Below are positions 45,554 to 55,690 of a stretch of DNA of 64,000 bases, in pieces. The position numbers and the translations under genes were made by a program. This DNA comes from Pseudoduganella sp. (lineage in GTDB: Bacteria; Pseudomonadota; Gammaproteobacteria; Burkholderiales; Burkholderiaceae_D), in NCBI GenBank assembly GCA_021323265.1, contig JAJTCO010000008.1, positions 4,357 through 68,356 on the forward strand, in the 5' to 3' direction. The notes beneath the pieces were generated by a model, which was given only the letters and a program-made list of their open reading frames with translations, was not told the origin of the DNA and ran no database searches. The number at the start of each line of letters is the position of its first letter. Within the stretch, counting starts at the first letter, position 1.

Positions 45554-47770
45554 TTAGTTCGATTCCGGCTTCAGGTTCTTGCGGAAGAAGGCGTCGATGT
45601 AAGTCTGCACATGGCGCTTGGCGGTACGCGACGACACGCCGTGCTTGGCGCCCGGGTAGGTCATCAGCTCGAACTGCACGCCGCGGTTCACCAGCGCATC
45701 GATCATCTTGGTGGTGTTGGTGAACAGGACGTTGTCGTCGGCCATGCCGTGGATCAGCAGCAGCTTCGATTTCAGGCCGTCCACGTGGTAGAACACGTTC
45801 GACTGCTTGTAGCCTTCCGCATTGTTCTTCGGGTGGTCCATGAACTGCTCGGTGTAGTGGGTGTCGTACAGACCCCAGTCGGTCACCGGCGCACCCGACA
45901 CGCCGGCGGCGATCTTGTCGGAGGCTTGCGACAGCAGGCGCAGCGTCATGAAGCCGCCATAGCTCCAGCCATACACGCCGATGCGCGACGGGTCGACATA
46001 GGACTGCTTGCCCAGCCACTCGATGCCGGTCAGCTGGTCTTCCACTTCCACCTTGCCCAGGTTGCGGTAGATCGCGTCGGTGAAGACGCGCTCGCGGCGC
46101 GAGGAGCCGCGGTTATCCAGGCGGAACACGACGTAGCCCTGCTGCGCCATGTACTGGTCGAACTGGCCGCCATCCCACTTGCGGGTGACGTGCTGCGCGT
46201 GCGGCCCGCCGTAGGTGGAGAGGTAGACGGGGTACTTCTTGTTGGCGTCGAACTTGTACGGCTTGATGATGGAGTAGTACAGGGTCTGGCCATCCTTCGC
46301 CTTCATGTTGCCGAATTCGACCGGCAGCAGGTCCGGCTTGTATTTGAAGTAGGCGTGCGATTCGTCGACCTTGTTCTCGTCCACCCAGCTCAGTAGCGTG
46401 CCGTCCGGGCGGCGGATCGCCACTTGCGGCGGATTGGCCGGATCGGACCAGGTGTCGACGAACACTTCGCCGTTTTTCGAGAACGAGGCGTCGTGCCAGC
46501 CGTCGGCCTTGGTGATGCGCTTGGGCTTGTCGGCGCTGGAGCCGTCCAGCTTGAGTTCATAGACCTGCTTGTCGTAGGCCGCATCCTTGTTGGACGAGAC
46601 GTAGACCTTGCCGGCCTTTTCGTCCACGGCCAGCAGGGAATCGAAACCCCATTCGCCCTTGGAGATGGCGTGTTTCAGCTTGCCGTCCATGCCGTACAGG
46701 TACAGGTGGTTGCGGCCGGTGCGCTCGGAGGACCAGATGAAGCCCTTGCCGCTGTCCAGGAAACGCAGGTCGTCGTGGATGCTGGTCCAGGTGTCGGCGC
46801 TCTCGGTCAGCACCGGACGCTGCGCCAGCGTGGCGACGTCGACCGCGATCAGTTCCAGCTTCTTCTGGTCGCGCGACTGGCGCTGGAAGAACAGCGACCG
46901 GGCGTCCTTGCTCCAGTCGGCGCGCACCAGGTAGATGTCCTTGTTGGCGCCCAGGTCCACTTCGCGGATATCGCCGCCGGCCGGCGACACGATCTTCAGG
47001 CCGACGATGGCGTTGGTCTCGCCGGCGGCAGGATAGCGCTGGTCGATGACCTTGGTGCTCTCGGCGCTGATCTCGAAGCGCTGGCGCACCGGTACCGGTG
47101 CTTCGTCATACCAGCGGAAGGCAATGGCGGAATCGTCCGGTGCCCAGTAGTAGCCGGTGCGCTGGTCCATCTCTTCCTGCGCCACGAATTCGGCTTCGCC
47201 GTTATGCACCGTGCCTTTGCCGTCGGTGGTCAGCTGGCGTTCCTGGCCGGTTGCCAGGTCGATCACGAACAGGTTCTGGTCGCGCACGAAGGATACGTAC
47301 TTGCCTTTCGGCGAAATCTTCGGGTCGATCACGCTGCCGGCTGCGACCAGGCGCGCGGTGTCGGGCTTGGACAGGTCGACCAGGTACAGGTTGCCGGCCA
47401 GCGGCACCAGCAGCTGCTTGCCGTCCGGCGACCAGCTGTAGGAAATGATGCCTTTCAGTGCCGCGGTGCGTTCGCGTTCGCGGCGCGCCTTCTCGGCGTC
47501 GGACAGGTTCTCCACCGGCACCAGCACCTTGGAGTCGACCAGGCGGCGCGTGGTCTTGTCCTTCATGTTGTACTCCCACAGGTCCAGCTGGAACTGGTCG
47601 TCCGGACGTGCGCGCAGGAAGGTCACGCGGGCGCCGTCAGGCGACACTTTGAGGGAGCGCACGCCCGGGCCGGACAGCGACGGGTCGGCGTGCAGGCGTT
47701 CCAGCGTCAGGCGTTCGGCGGAGGCGGTGCCGGCGGCCAGCAGGGCCACCAGGGTAAGAATGAGGCGCAT
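45554..47770 (-). CDS. S9B dipeptidyl peptidase IV
   Basis: Signal peptide; 'FVAQEEM', 'YGGP', nucleophile 'GWSYGG', 'HGMADDNV', 'GAKH'. Confidence 0.93.
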   Translation of the reverse strand: MRLILTLVALLAAGTASAERLTLERLHADPSLSGPGVRSLKVSPDGARVTFLRARPDDQFQLDLWEYNMKDKTTRRLVDSKVLVPVENLSDAEKARRERERTAALKGIISYSWSPDGKQLLVPLAGNLYLVDLSKPDTARLVAAGSVIDPKISPKGKYVSFVRDQNLFVIDLATGQERQLTTDGKGTVHNGEAEFVAQEEMDQRTGYYWAPDDSAIAFRWYDEAPVPVRQRFEISAESTKVIDQRYPAAGETNAIVGLKIVSPAGGDIREVDLGANKDIYLVRADWSKDARSLFFQRQSRDQKKLELIAVDVATLAQRPVLTESADTWTSIHDDLRFLDSGKGFIWSSERTGRNHLYLYGMDGKLKHAISKGEWGFDSLLAVDEKAGKVYVSSNKDAAYDKQVYELKLDGSSADKPKRITKADGWHDASFSKNGEVFVDTWSDPANPPQVAIRRPDGTLLSWVDENKVDESHAYFKYKPDLLPVEFGNMKAKDGQTLYYSIIKPYKFDANKKYPVYLSTYGGPHAQHVTRKWDGGQFDQYMAQQGYVVFRLDNRGSSRRERVFTDAIYRNLGKVEVEDQLTGIEWLGKQSYVDPSRIGVYGWSYGGFMTLRLLSQASDKIAAGVSGAPVTDWGLYDTHYTEQFMDHPKNNAEGYKQSNVFYHVDGLKSKLLLIHGMADDNVLFTNTTKMIDALVNRGVQFELMTYPGAKHGVSSRTAKRHVQTYIDAFFRKNLKPESN

Positions 47771-47851
47771 TGATTTGTCCCGGTATGGTCTATTTGCGAA
47801 TCGCAAGACAATACCAGAAGCGGCCCCCGCTGAAATTCGGAATGCTTTGGC

Positions 47852-49219
47852 TTATGCCGTTTTTCCTTCGGCTACACGTGAATTCGACAGTGTCCGAAGA
47901 TAGGCTGTGAGCAAAAGTGCAGCAATCGTCAGGCCGAGCACCAGCCCGATCCAGAAACCGGTGGCCGCCATTTCCTGCCACAGCCCCAGGAGGCAGCCCA
48001 CCGGCAGGGCGAAGCCCCAGAACGCCAGCAGCTGGATCAGCATCGGCCCGCGCGTGACCTTGTAGCCGCGGATGGCGCACGCCGCCGCCACCTGGGTCGC
48101 GTCCGACAGCTGGAACAGGGCGGCAAACAGCAGCAGCGTGGCGCAGGTGGCCTGCACCGCAACGTCGTTGGTGTAGGCTGCCGCGATCTGGTGGCGGAAT
48201 ACGGCGATGAAGGCCGCCGACAGCACGGCAAACGCAAGCGACAGCCCCATCCCCACCCAGGATGCCCTGCGCGCGCGGCGCGCGTCGCCTTCGCCCAGTG
48301 CCTGTCCCACGCGCGTGACCATGCCGATGCCCAGGCTGAGCGGCACCATGAACACCAGCGAGGAAAAGTTCAGCGCGATCTGGTGCGCCGATTGCTCCAC
48401 CACGCCGAAGCGCGCCACCAGCAGGGCCACGGCGCCAAAGGCGCTCACTTCGGCGAAATAGGTGACGCCGATCGGCAGGCCAAGCTGCAGCATGCTGCGC
48501 AGCTCCGGCCAGTGCGGCCCTTCCCAGTGCGTGAAAGGGTAGGTGGCGCGGTAGGCGGGCGCGATGCGTATCCAGGCCAGCATGGCGCCCAGCATCAGCC
48601 ACATGCAGATGCCGGTGGAGATGGCGCAGCCCACGCCGCCCATGGCCGGCAAGCCGAACTTGCCGAATATGAGCAGCCAGTTGACCACCACGTTGAAGGC
48701 CAGCCCAAGGAGGGCAATCACCATGACGGGTTTGGTCTGGTTGATGCTGGCGCTGTAGCCGTACAGCGCGCGGTAGCAGGCGAACGGCGGCAGGCCTATA
48801 CTGATGAAGTGGACGAACAGCGAGGCGCGCCGGTTCACTTCCGGCGCCAGTTGCAGATGGTCGAACAGCAGGGTTGCCAGGTTGGCCAGCAGCGCCGCCG
48901 CCAGGCCGACCGCCAGGCCTTTCCACAAGCCCTGGCGCACCAGGTGCGGTATGCGTTCGAGGCGGCCGGCGCCCACTTCATGCGCCACCAGGGTATTTAT
49001 GGCCATCATGGTGCCCACCACCGTCACCACGGCGATGGACCAGATGGCGGCGCCGGTGGAGACGGCGGCCAGTTCGGCGGCGTTGGTGTGGCCCGTCATC
49101 GCCACGTCGGCCACCGCCATGCCGACCGTGGCCAACTGCCCGATCAGTACCGGCCAGGCCAACTTCCACAGTGCGCTTGCTTCATGGCGGAAGGTGGCGG
49201 TCGATAGCGTGTTCGGCAT
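47852..49219 (-). CDS. MATE family efflux transporter (NorM-like)
   Basis: 'LWKLAWPVLIGQLA','DVAMTG','LGLPIG','AHQIA','RVGQALG','IRGYK'. Confidence 0.92.
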   Translation of the reverse strand: MPNTLSTATFRHEASALWKLAWPVLIGQLATVGMAVADVAMTGHTNAAELAAVSTGAAIWSIAVVTVVGTMMAINTLVAHEVGAGRLERIPHLVRQGLWKGLAVGLAAALLANLATLLFDHLQLAPEVNRRASLFVHFISIGLPPFACYRALYGYSASINQTKPVMVIALLGLAFNVVVNWLLIFGKFGLPAMGGVGCAISTGICMWLMLGAMLAWIRIAPAYRATYPFTHWEGPHWPELRSMLQLGLPIGVTYFAEVSAFGAVALLVARFGVVEQSAHQIALNFSSLVFMVPLSLGIGMVTRVGQALGEGDARRARRASWVGMGLSLAFAVLSAAFIAVFRHQIAAAYTNDVAVQATCATLLLFAALFQLSDATQVAAACAIRGYKVTRGPMLIQLLAFWGFALPVGCLLGLWQEMAATGFWIGLVLGLTIAALLLTAYLRTLSNSRVAEGKTA

Positions 49220-49316
49220 GTGTTGTACAGTAGGAATTTGTTACAAGGTAATGTAGTCTAGCGCCCTTTGTCCTGCGTTGAAGGCGCATGGCTTGCTTGA
49301 TTACGGAGATATATTG

Positions 49317-49991
49317 ATGAAGAATACCCTGACTGCCGCATTCCTGCTGGCGGCATCCCTTCTGGGCCAGGCTGCGACGGCCGGCGAACTGCACCTGTTC
49401 TCGCGCGAAGACTTCCGCGGCCAACGCGTCGTGATCGCCGACGGTGCCGCCCACAACTTCACCGACTTCGGCTTCAACGACCGCGCCTCCAGCATCGTGG
49501 TGCGCTCCGGCGCCTGGGAGCTGTGCGAGCACAAGGACTTCCAGGGCCATTGCGTCGTGTTCGAGCGCGGCGAATACCCGGACCTGCGCCGCTTCAACAA
49601 CAACTTCTCCTCCGCGCGCGAGATCGAACGCCACCGCGACCGGGGCCAGGGCTATGCCTACGGCCGCGACGAACGCGATGAGCGCTGGCGCGAGGAACGC
49701 CGCGACGAACGGCGCGAGGAACGCCGCTACCAGCGCGAACGCGGCGATGCCGTGGAACTGTTCAACGACGTTGGCATGCGCGGCCGCCGCGTGGCCGTCA
49801 GCCACGACGTGCGCACCCTGCGCGACATCGGCTTCAACGACAACGCCAACTCCCTGGTGATCAACTACGGCACCTGGGAAGTGTGCGAGCATGGTGACTA
49901 CGGCGGCCAGTGCCGCGTCTACGGACCGGGCCGCTACCCGGACCTGCAGGACTTCATCGATCGCATCTCGTCGATTCGCCGTATCCGCTGA
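49317..49991 (+). CDS. Exported beta/gamma-crystallin domain protein (two domains, Arg/Glu-rich linker)
   Basis: 'GFNDRASSIVVRSGAWELCEHKDFQG', 'GFNDNANSLVINYGTWEVCEHGDYGG', 'DRISSIRR'. Confidence 0.85.
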   Translation: MKNTLTAAFLLAASLLGQAATAGELHLFSREDFRGQRVVIADGAAHNFTDFGFNDRASSIVVRSGAWELCEHKDFQGHCVVFERGEYPDLRRFNNNFSSAREIERHRDRGQGYAYGRDERDERWREERRDERREERRYQRERGDAVELFNDVGMRGRRVAVSHDVRTLRDIGFNDNANSLVINYGTWEVCEHGDYGGQCRVYGPGRYPDLQDFIDRISSIRRIR

Positions 49992-50033
49992 TTTCCTGCT
50001 ACGCTATGAGCTCCATCACCGGGAGGGCATGGC

Positions 50034-50906
50034 GTGGAATACAAGGATTATTACGCAACGCTGGGCGTGGACAAGACGGCCAGCAATGACGAAATCAAAA
50101 AGGCTTACCGCAAGCTGGTCCGCAAATACCACCCGGACGTCAGCAAGGAAGCCGATGCGGACGCCCGCACCAAGGAACTCAACGAAGCCTACGGCGTGCT
50201 GGGCGATGCGGAAAAGCGCGCTGCCTACGATTCGCTGGGCAGCGGCCAGTACCGCGCCGGCCAGGAGTTCCACCCGCCGCCCGACTGGGGCGGGGGCTTC
50301 CAGGGCGGCAGCGCGGAAGACTTCTTTGCCGACCTGTTCGCGCACGTGGGCGGCCACGGCCAGCGCGGCCGGCGCCAGGGTTTCCGCACGCGCGGCGAGG
50401 ACATCCACGCCACGCTGGAAATCAGCTTGCAGGACGCCTATCACGGCGCGCAGCGCGAGATCTCGCTGGGCCGCCAGCGCAACCTGAAGGTGAACATCCC
50501 GCAAGGCGTCACGGCCGGCCAGCACCTGCGCCTGAGCGGCCAGGGCCAGCCCGGCATGAATGGCGCCGAGTCCGGCGACCTGTACCTTGAAATCGCCTTC
50601 CAGCAGGACGACCGCTACCGCGTCGAGGGACGCGACGTGTTCGAGAAAGTGCTGATCCCGCCCTGGCTGGCGGCGCTGGGTGGCGAGCGCGAGGTGGCCA
50701 CGCCCTCCGGCCGCGTGACCGTGACCGTGCCGCCCGGGTCGCAAGGCGGCCGCAAGCTGCGCCTGAAAGGGCGCGGCATCCCCGCCAGCGGCAGCGCCGG
50801 CACGGCGGGCGACCTGTACCTGATTCTGGACATTTTCGTGCCGGCGGCCGACACGCCCGCGCGGCGTGCGCTGTACGAGCAGATGCAACGCGAAATGGGA
50901 GGATAA
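50034..50906 (+). CDS. cbpA: DnaJ-class chaperone / curved DNA-binding protein
   Basis: 'KDYYATLGV...AYRKLVRKYHPD' J domain and a DnaJ C-terminal domain; followed by cbpM. Confidence 0.88.
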   Translation: MEYKDYYATLGVDKTASNDEIKKAYRKLVRKYHPDVSKEADADARTKELNEAYGVLGDAEKRAAYDSLGSGQYRAGQEFHPPPDWGGGFQGGSAEDFFADLFAHVGGHGQRGRRQGFRTRGEDIHATLEISLQDAYHGAQREISLGRQRNLKVNIPQGVTAGQHLRLSGQGQPGMNGAESGDLYLEIAFQQDDRYRVEGRDVFEKVLIPPWLAALGGEREVATPSGRVTVTVPPGSQGGRKLRLKGRGIPASGSAGTAGDLYLILDIFVPAADTPARRALYEQMQREMGG

Positions 50907-50909
50907 GCG

Positions 50910-51224
50910 ATGCCTATGGAAATCATTGTGGAAGGGGTGCCGCTGGAACGCCAGGCACTGACGCTGGAAGAGCTGGCGCGCGCTTGCGAGGTCGAACCGG
51001 AGTGGGTGGTGCACCACGTGCAAAGCGGCATCCTGCTGGGCGGGACGCACGTGGCATCGGTGGAGAGCCTGCAGTTCACCAGCGTGGACCTGGGGAGGGC
51101 GCGTCGCCTGGTCCAGCTGGAACGTGATTTCGATGCGGACGAAGATTTGGCGGCGCTGGTGGTGGACTTGTGCGATGAAGTGCGTCGCCTGAAGTCGCGC
51201 CTGCGCGCCGCCGGGTTGGCCTAG
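50910..51224 (+). CDS. cbpM: Chaperone modulator CbpM
   Basis: MerR-like 'LTLEELARAC...RARRLVQLERDFD...ALVVDLCDEVRRL'; directly after cbpA. Confidence 0.85.
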   Translation: MPMEIIVEGVPLERQALTLEELARACEVEPEWVVHHVQSGILLGGTHVASVESLQFTSVDLGRARRLVQLERDFDADEDLAALVVDLCDEVRRLKSRLRAAGLA

Positions 51225-51239
51225 AAGCCGTCAGGCAGC

Positions 51240-51491
51240 TTAACGCTGCTGGTCACGGCCGCCGCGATTGCCGCGGTTGCCGCTCTCCTGGTCCTGCAAG
51301 TCGTCGCGGCTGCCTTGGCGCTGCCCTTGGCCGAGGTCGCTTTGCTTGTTGCCGCGGCCCTGGTCAGATTGCTGGTTGCCGCCAGTCACATTTTCGCGCT
51401 GGCCTTGCTGCTTGCCACCTTGGCCCTGGCCGGCTTGTCCGGCCTGGTTGCGCCAATCGTCCGACTGTTCACTATCCTTGCGTGGTGCCAT
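51240..51491 (-). CDS. Small hydrophilic Gly/Gln-rich hypothetical protein
   Basis: AGGAGA RBS; low-complexity GQG/KQ repeats, hydrophilin-like. Confidence 0.6.
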   Translation of the reverse strand: MAPRKDSEQSDDWRNQAGQAGQGQGGKQQGQRENVTGGNQQSDQGRGNKQSDLGQGQRQGSRDDLQDQESGNRGNRGGRDQQR

Positions 51492-51584
51492 GATCGCTCT
51501 CCTATCTGGTTGAAGCGGAATCCATGCTAGGCCGATGCCGCAGCTGTGCCTGTAGGCGCACGCCTCGCCGAGTTGTAGGACGTT

Positions 51585-52502
51585 TTAGAAGGCGTCGTGC
51601 GGCAAGGTATGGTCGAGCTGGATGAACTGCTGGCGCAGCCACTTCCCGGCCGGACCCAGTTCGTCGTCGCCCCGGTGGATGAGAAACAGCGGGTATTCCA
51701 GCTCCAGGCCTTCCTGCGTATGCAGCCGGACCAGCCGGCCCTCGGCCAGGTCGCGCAGGACGGTGTGCTCCGGCATATTGCCCCAGCCCAGGCCACCCAA
51801 CAGCAAGGCGTGCTTCGAGCCCAGGTCGCCCAGCCGCCAGTCGCGCAAGCCGAGCACGCCAAAGTCGCGGCCCTCGGTCAGCGCGCTGCGGTCGGTCACC
51901 ACCAGCTGCAAATGCTCGCGCAGGACGCCGGTCGGGATCGGCGCCGCCTCGCGCGCCAGCGCATGCAGGGGCGAGCAGACCGGCATCATCTTCACGAAGC
52001 CGGCCGCGTGGCGCTCGATATTGGCCGGGGCATTGGCCGCCATGCCCGCCACGCCCAGCTGGCAGCGGCGGTCGGCCACCATCTGCGACACGGCCCCCAG
52101 CGCCTCGGTATGCAGGCGCAGCGCCACCGTGGGGAATTCGCGCTGGAACAGCTCCAGCGTACGCACCAGCAGGCAGGTGGGGAACATCACGTCGACCACG
52201 ATCGACAGCTCCGCCTCCAGCCCCGCACCGAGCGCCTTGGCGCGCGACCGCATGCTGTCGACCTTGCTGGCCACGGCGCGCGCATCGGCCAGCAGCGCCT
52301 TGCCGGCGTCCGTCAGCGTCGGCTTGCGCGTGCTGCGGTCGAGCAGCTCAATGTTCAGCTGCTCTTCCAGGTTGGCGATGGTGTAGCTGATCACCGACTG
52401 GGTGCGGTGCAGGGCGCGCGCCGCATGGGCGAAACCGCCGTGGTCGATGACGGCGATGAAGACGCGCAACTGGTCGAGGGTGGGGAGTCCGGGATCTCGC
52501 AT
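51585..52502 (-). CDS. LysR family transcriptional regulator
   Basis: 'TLDQLRVFIAVIDHGGFAHAARALHRTQSVISYTIANLEEQL'. Confidence 0.93.
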   Translation of the reverse strand: MRDPGLPTLDQLRVFIAVIDHGGFAHAARALHRTQSVISYTIANLEEQLNIELLDRSTRKPTLTDAGKALLADARAVASKVDSMRSRAKALGAGLEAELSIVVDVMFPTCLLVRTLELFQREFPTVALRLHTEALGAVSQMVADRRCQLGVAGMAANAPANIERHAAGFVKMMPVCSPLHALAREAAPIPTGVLREHLQLVVTDRSALTEGRDFGVLGLRDWRLGDLGSKHALLLGGLGWGNMPEHTVLRDLAEGRLVRLHTQEGLELEYPLFLIHRGDDELGPAGKWLRQQFIQLDHTLPHDAF

Positions 52503-52512
52503 AATCTAGAAA

Positions 52513-52531
52513 ATCGATAATAATCATTGAT
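52513..52531. promoter_or_regulatory. Putative LysR recognition site
   Basis: Dyad ATCGAT-N7-ATTGAT between the divergent lysR and azoR genes. Confidence 0.5.
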
Positions 52532-52603
52532 ACAAAACCTATTTCATCGATATTAATCCGGTTCTATGATGGCAGCAATCACTAACTCTTTTGGAGCACC
52601 ATC

Positions 52604-53218
52604 ATGGCAAACGTTCTCTACATCAACAGCAGTGTGCGCAATGCCGGCTCGCTGTCGCGCCAGTTGTCGGCAGAATTCATCGCCAAGTGGAAGGCGGCCA
52701 ACCCGTCCGACACCGTGGTCGAGCGCGACCTGGCCAGCAACCCCGTGCCGCACTTGACCGAGCAGATGATGGGCGCCTTCTTCACCCCGGCCGAGCAGCG
52801 CAATGCCGAACAGGCGCACATCGTGAAAGTGTCCGACACCCTGGTGGACGAACTGTTCGCCGCCGACGTGATCGTGCTGGGCGCCCCGATGTACAACTTC
52901 TCCGTGCCGTCCTCGCTGAAAGCCTGGATCGACCACGTGGCGCGCGCGGGCCGCACCTTCCAGTACGGCGCCAACGGCCCGGAAGGCCTGCTCAAGGGTA
53001 AAAAGGTGTACGTCTTCACCGCCAGCGGCGGCGTGTACAGCGAAGGCGCGGCCGCGGCCTACGACCACCTGACCACCTTCCTGCGCACGGTGCTGGGCTT
53101 CCTCGGCCTGACCGACGTGCAGTTCATCCGCGCCGAAGGCGTGGCAATGGGCGAGCAGGCCGTGGCCGACACCGTGGCCAAGGGCCGCAAGTCGATCGAC
53201 GAACTGATCGCCGCGTAA
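52604..53218 (+). CDS. azoR: FMN-dependent NADH-azoreductase
   Basis: 'VLYINSSVR...SLSRQL','APMYNFSVPSSLKAWIDHVARAGRTF','ASGGVY'. Confidence 0.92.
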   Translation: MANVLYINSSVRNAGSLSRQLSAEFIAKWKAANPSDTVVERDLASNPVPHLTEQMMGAFFTPAEQRNAEQAHIVKVSDTLVDELFAADVIVLGAPMYNFSVPSSLKAWIDHVARAGRTFQYGANGPEGLLKGKKVYVFTASGGVYSEGAAAAYDHLTTFLRTVLGFLGLTDVQFIRAEGVAMGEQAVADTVAKGRKSIDELIAA

Positions 53219-53238
53219 GACAGCGCGCACAGCCCCAT

Positions 53239-53273
53239 GGGCAGCACCGGCCGCGGGCCGTGCTGCCCTTTTT
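53239..53273 (+). terminator. Rho-independent terminator after azoR
   Basis: GGGCAGCAC...GTGCTGCCC followed by T5. Confidence 0.75.
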
Positions 53274-53292
53274 CGTTTGGTATCATGTGGTG

Positions 53293-54135
53293 ATGAAACG
53301 CTACCACTTGCTCATCATCGATCCGCAGAACGACTTCTGCGACATGCCGCTGGACGCCACCGCGCCGCATGCGCCCGCGCTGCCCGTGCCGGGCGCCCAC
53401 CAGGACATGCTGCGCCTGGCCAGCCTGATTGAACTGGGCGGTACCGGCCTGGCCGACATCACCGTCACGCTCGACTCGCACCACCGCTACGACGTGGCCC
53501 ATCCGACCTTCTGGTACACGGCCGAAGGCACGGCGCCGGCCCCGTTCACGCCGATTGCCGCCGCCGACGTGCGGGCAGGGCGTTTCCAGCCGCGCGATGC
53601 CAAGGCCCTGCCGCGCGTACTGTCCTACCTCGATGCGCTGGAAGCGGCCGGCCGCTATCAATTGATGGTGTGGCCGGTGCACTGCGAGATCGGCAGCTGG
53701 GGCCACAACGTGCACGACGCCGTGCGCGCCGCCTACAATGCCTGGGAAGAGGAACGTCACGCGGTGGTGGCCAAGGTGGGCAAGGGTGCCAATCCCTGGA
53801 CCGAGCACTATTCCGCCGTGATGGCGGAAGTGCCCGACCCGGCCGATCCTGGCTCCCAGCTGAACCGGGAATTGATCGGCAGCCTGGCGCCGGCCGACAC
53901 CATCTACATTGCCGGCGAAGCGGGCAGCCACTGCGTCAAGGCGACCACCGAGCATATCGCCGACCAGATCGACCCACGCAAGCTGGTGCTGGTGAGCGAC
54001 TGCATGAGTCCCGTGCCCGGCTTCGAAGCGCAGTACCTGGAATTCGCCCAGGCCATGCAGCGGCGCGGCGCGCGCCTGGCCACGTCCGGCGACGTATTGC
54101 GCGAATGGCTGTCCAACGCGGAGCACCAGGCATGA
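53293..54135 (+). CDS. pncA: Nicotinamidase-like cysteine hydrolase (isochorismatase family)
   Basis: '[11 protein letters not shown]','TLDSH','WPVHC','GEAGSHCV'; translationally coupled to pncB. Confidence 0.78.
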   Translation: MKRYHLLIIDPQNDFCDMPLDATAPHAPALPVPGAHQDMLRLASLIELGGTGLADITVTLDSHHRYDVAHPTFWYTAEGTAPAPFTPIAAADVRAGRFQPRDAKALPRVLSYLDALEAAGRYQLMVWPVHCEIGSWGHNVHDAVRAAYNAWEEERHAVVAKVGKGANPWTEHYSAVMAEVPDPADPGSQLNRELIGSLAPADTIYIAGEAGSHCVKATTEHIADQIDPRKLVLVSDCMSPVPGFEAQYLEFAQAMQRRGARLATSGDVLREWLSNAEHQA

Positions 54136-55322
54136 TCCCCGTCGTGCGCAGCCTGCTCGAAACCGACCTGTACAAGTTCACCATGTGGCAGGCGCTGTTG
54201 CACGGCCAGCCCGGTGCGCACGCCGAATACGAATTCGTTTGCCGCAACCAGACCGCGTTTCCGCTCTCCGAACTGAAGGCGGAAGTGGAAGCCCAGCTGG
54301 ACCACCTGTGCGGCATGTCCTTTTCCGAGGACGAGCTGGATTACCTGCGTGCGCTGCGCTACATCAAGAGCGACTTCGTCGACTTCCTCGCGCTGTTCCG
54401 CTTCCAGCGCAAGTTCATCGACGTGCGCGCGGAAGGCGACACCTTGCTGATCCAGGCCGCCGGCCCGCAGGTGCACGTGATGGCATTCGAGATCTTCGTG
54501 CTGTACATCGTCAACGAGTTGTACTTCCGCCGCGCCGCCACACCGGCCGTGCTGGACGAAGGGCGCCGGCGCCTGGGCGAAAAGATCGCGCAGCTGAAGG
54601 CTTTCGGCGCCATGCCGGCGCTGCGGCACCCTTTCGAATTTTCCGACTTCGGCCTGCGCCGCCGCTTTTCGGCCGCCTGGCACGACGAAGTGGTCGCGCG
54701 CCTGGCAAGCGAGGTGCCGGAGTTCTTCAAAGGCACTTCCAACGTCTACATCGCGAAAAAATACGGCCTGATCCCGATCGGCACCATGGCCCACGAGTAC
54801 ATGCAGTCCTTCCAGGCCTTCGGCGTGCGCCTGCGCGACTTCCAGAAAGCCTCCCTGGAAGCCTGGGTGCAGGAGTACCGCGGCGACCTGGGGATTGCGC
54901 TGACCGACGTGGTCGGCATGGACGCCTTCCTCAACGACTTCGACCTGTACTTCGCCAAGCTGTTCGACGGCTTGCGGCATGACTCGGGCGACCCGGTCGT
55001 GTGGGGCGAGAAGGCCATCGCGCACTACGCGGCCCTGCGCATCGACTCCAATACCAAGCGCCTGGTGTTTTCGGACGGGCTGGACTTCGACACGTCCTTC
55101 CGCCTGTACCGCCACTTCGCCGACCGCATCATGGTCGGTTTCGGCATCGGCACGTGGCTCACCAACGATGTCGGCGTCACGCCGCTAAACATCGTGATGA
55201 AGCTGATCCGCTGCAACGGCCAGTCGGTCGCCAAGCTGTCCGATTCGCCCGGCAAGACGCTGTGCAAGGACGAGACCTTCCTGGCCTACCTGCGGCAGGT
55301 GTTCGGCCACCAGTCCGCCTGA
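54132..55322 (+). CDS. pncB: Nicotinate phosphoribosyltransferase
   Basis: '[12 protein letters not shown]','DFGLRRRFS','GTSNV','GTMAHE','GLRHDSGDP','FSDGL','KLSDSPGK'. Confidence 0.95.
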   Translation: MIPVVRSLLETDLYKFTMWQALLHGQPGAHAEYEFVCRNQTAFPLSELKAEVEAQLDHLCGMSFSEDELDYLRALRYIKSDFVDFLALFRFQRKFIDVRAEGDTLLIQAAGPQVHVMAFEIFVLYIVNELYFRRAATPAVLDEGRRRLGEKIAQLKAFGAMPALRHPFEFSDFGLRRRFSAAWHDEVVARLASEVPEFFKGTSNVYIAKKYGLIPIGTMAHEYMQSFQAFGVRLRDFQKASLEAWVQEYRGDLGIALTDVVGMDAFLNDFDLYFAKLFDGLRHDSGDPVVWGEKAIAHYAALRIDSNTKRLVFSDGLDFDTSFRLYRHFADRIMVGFGIGTWLTNDVGVTPLNIVMKLIRCNGQSVAKLSDSPGKTLCKDETFLAYLRQVFGHQSA

Positions 55323-55334
55323 GACCAGGCTCGC

Positions 55335-55634
55335 TCAGGCTTCCACCGCGCCGAAGCGCGACATGATGCGGTCGGCCTGCTCGCGCTGGGCATCGTCATC
55401 CACGTCCACCGACAGCAGGGCGGCGGGGCGGTCGGGCTTGTCGGTGTTGTCGACGTCGTCGGGCGTCAGCGAATCCATGATGTTCTGCACGGCCGAGGCG
55501 GTGGTCGTCATCGGCCGCGCTTCATGCAGGTTCAGCTGCACGGCCGAGTTACTGAAGCCTTCGGCAAGCAGGGCGCTGCGCGCGCCTTCGGCGTCCGCGA
55601 TCTGGCGGAAATTGCGGTAAATGGTGTTGGGCAT
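55335..55634 (-). CDS. Hypothetical protein (general-stress-like small domain)
   Basis: AGGAGA RBS; 'F...DAEGARSALLAEGF...LLSVDVDDDAQREQADRIMSRFGA'. Confidence 0.7.
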   Translation of the reverse strand: MPNTIYRNFRQIADAEGARSALLAEGFSNSAVQLNLHEARPMTTTASAVQNIMDSLTPDDVDNTDKPDRPAALLSVDVDDDAQREQADRIMSRFGAVEA

Positions 55635-55690
55635 GGTGCGTCTCCTGTATGGCTGGATTGTCCCGTAAGGCGCGCGAGTCCGGCGCGCGC

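Noticed and set aside
33377-47770. M13 and S9 peptidases flanking the putative RiPP block as dedicated maturation proteases
   Set aside because: Both are common exported housekeeping-type peptidases in separate transcription units with their own boundaries. Involvement cannot be supported from sequence.
53293-55322. pncA-pncB as an anti-phage or NAD-reconstitution system
   Set aside because: An ordinary NAD salvage pair with no associated defence or phage genes.
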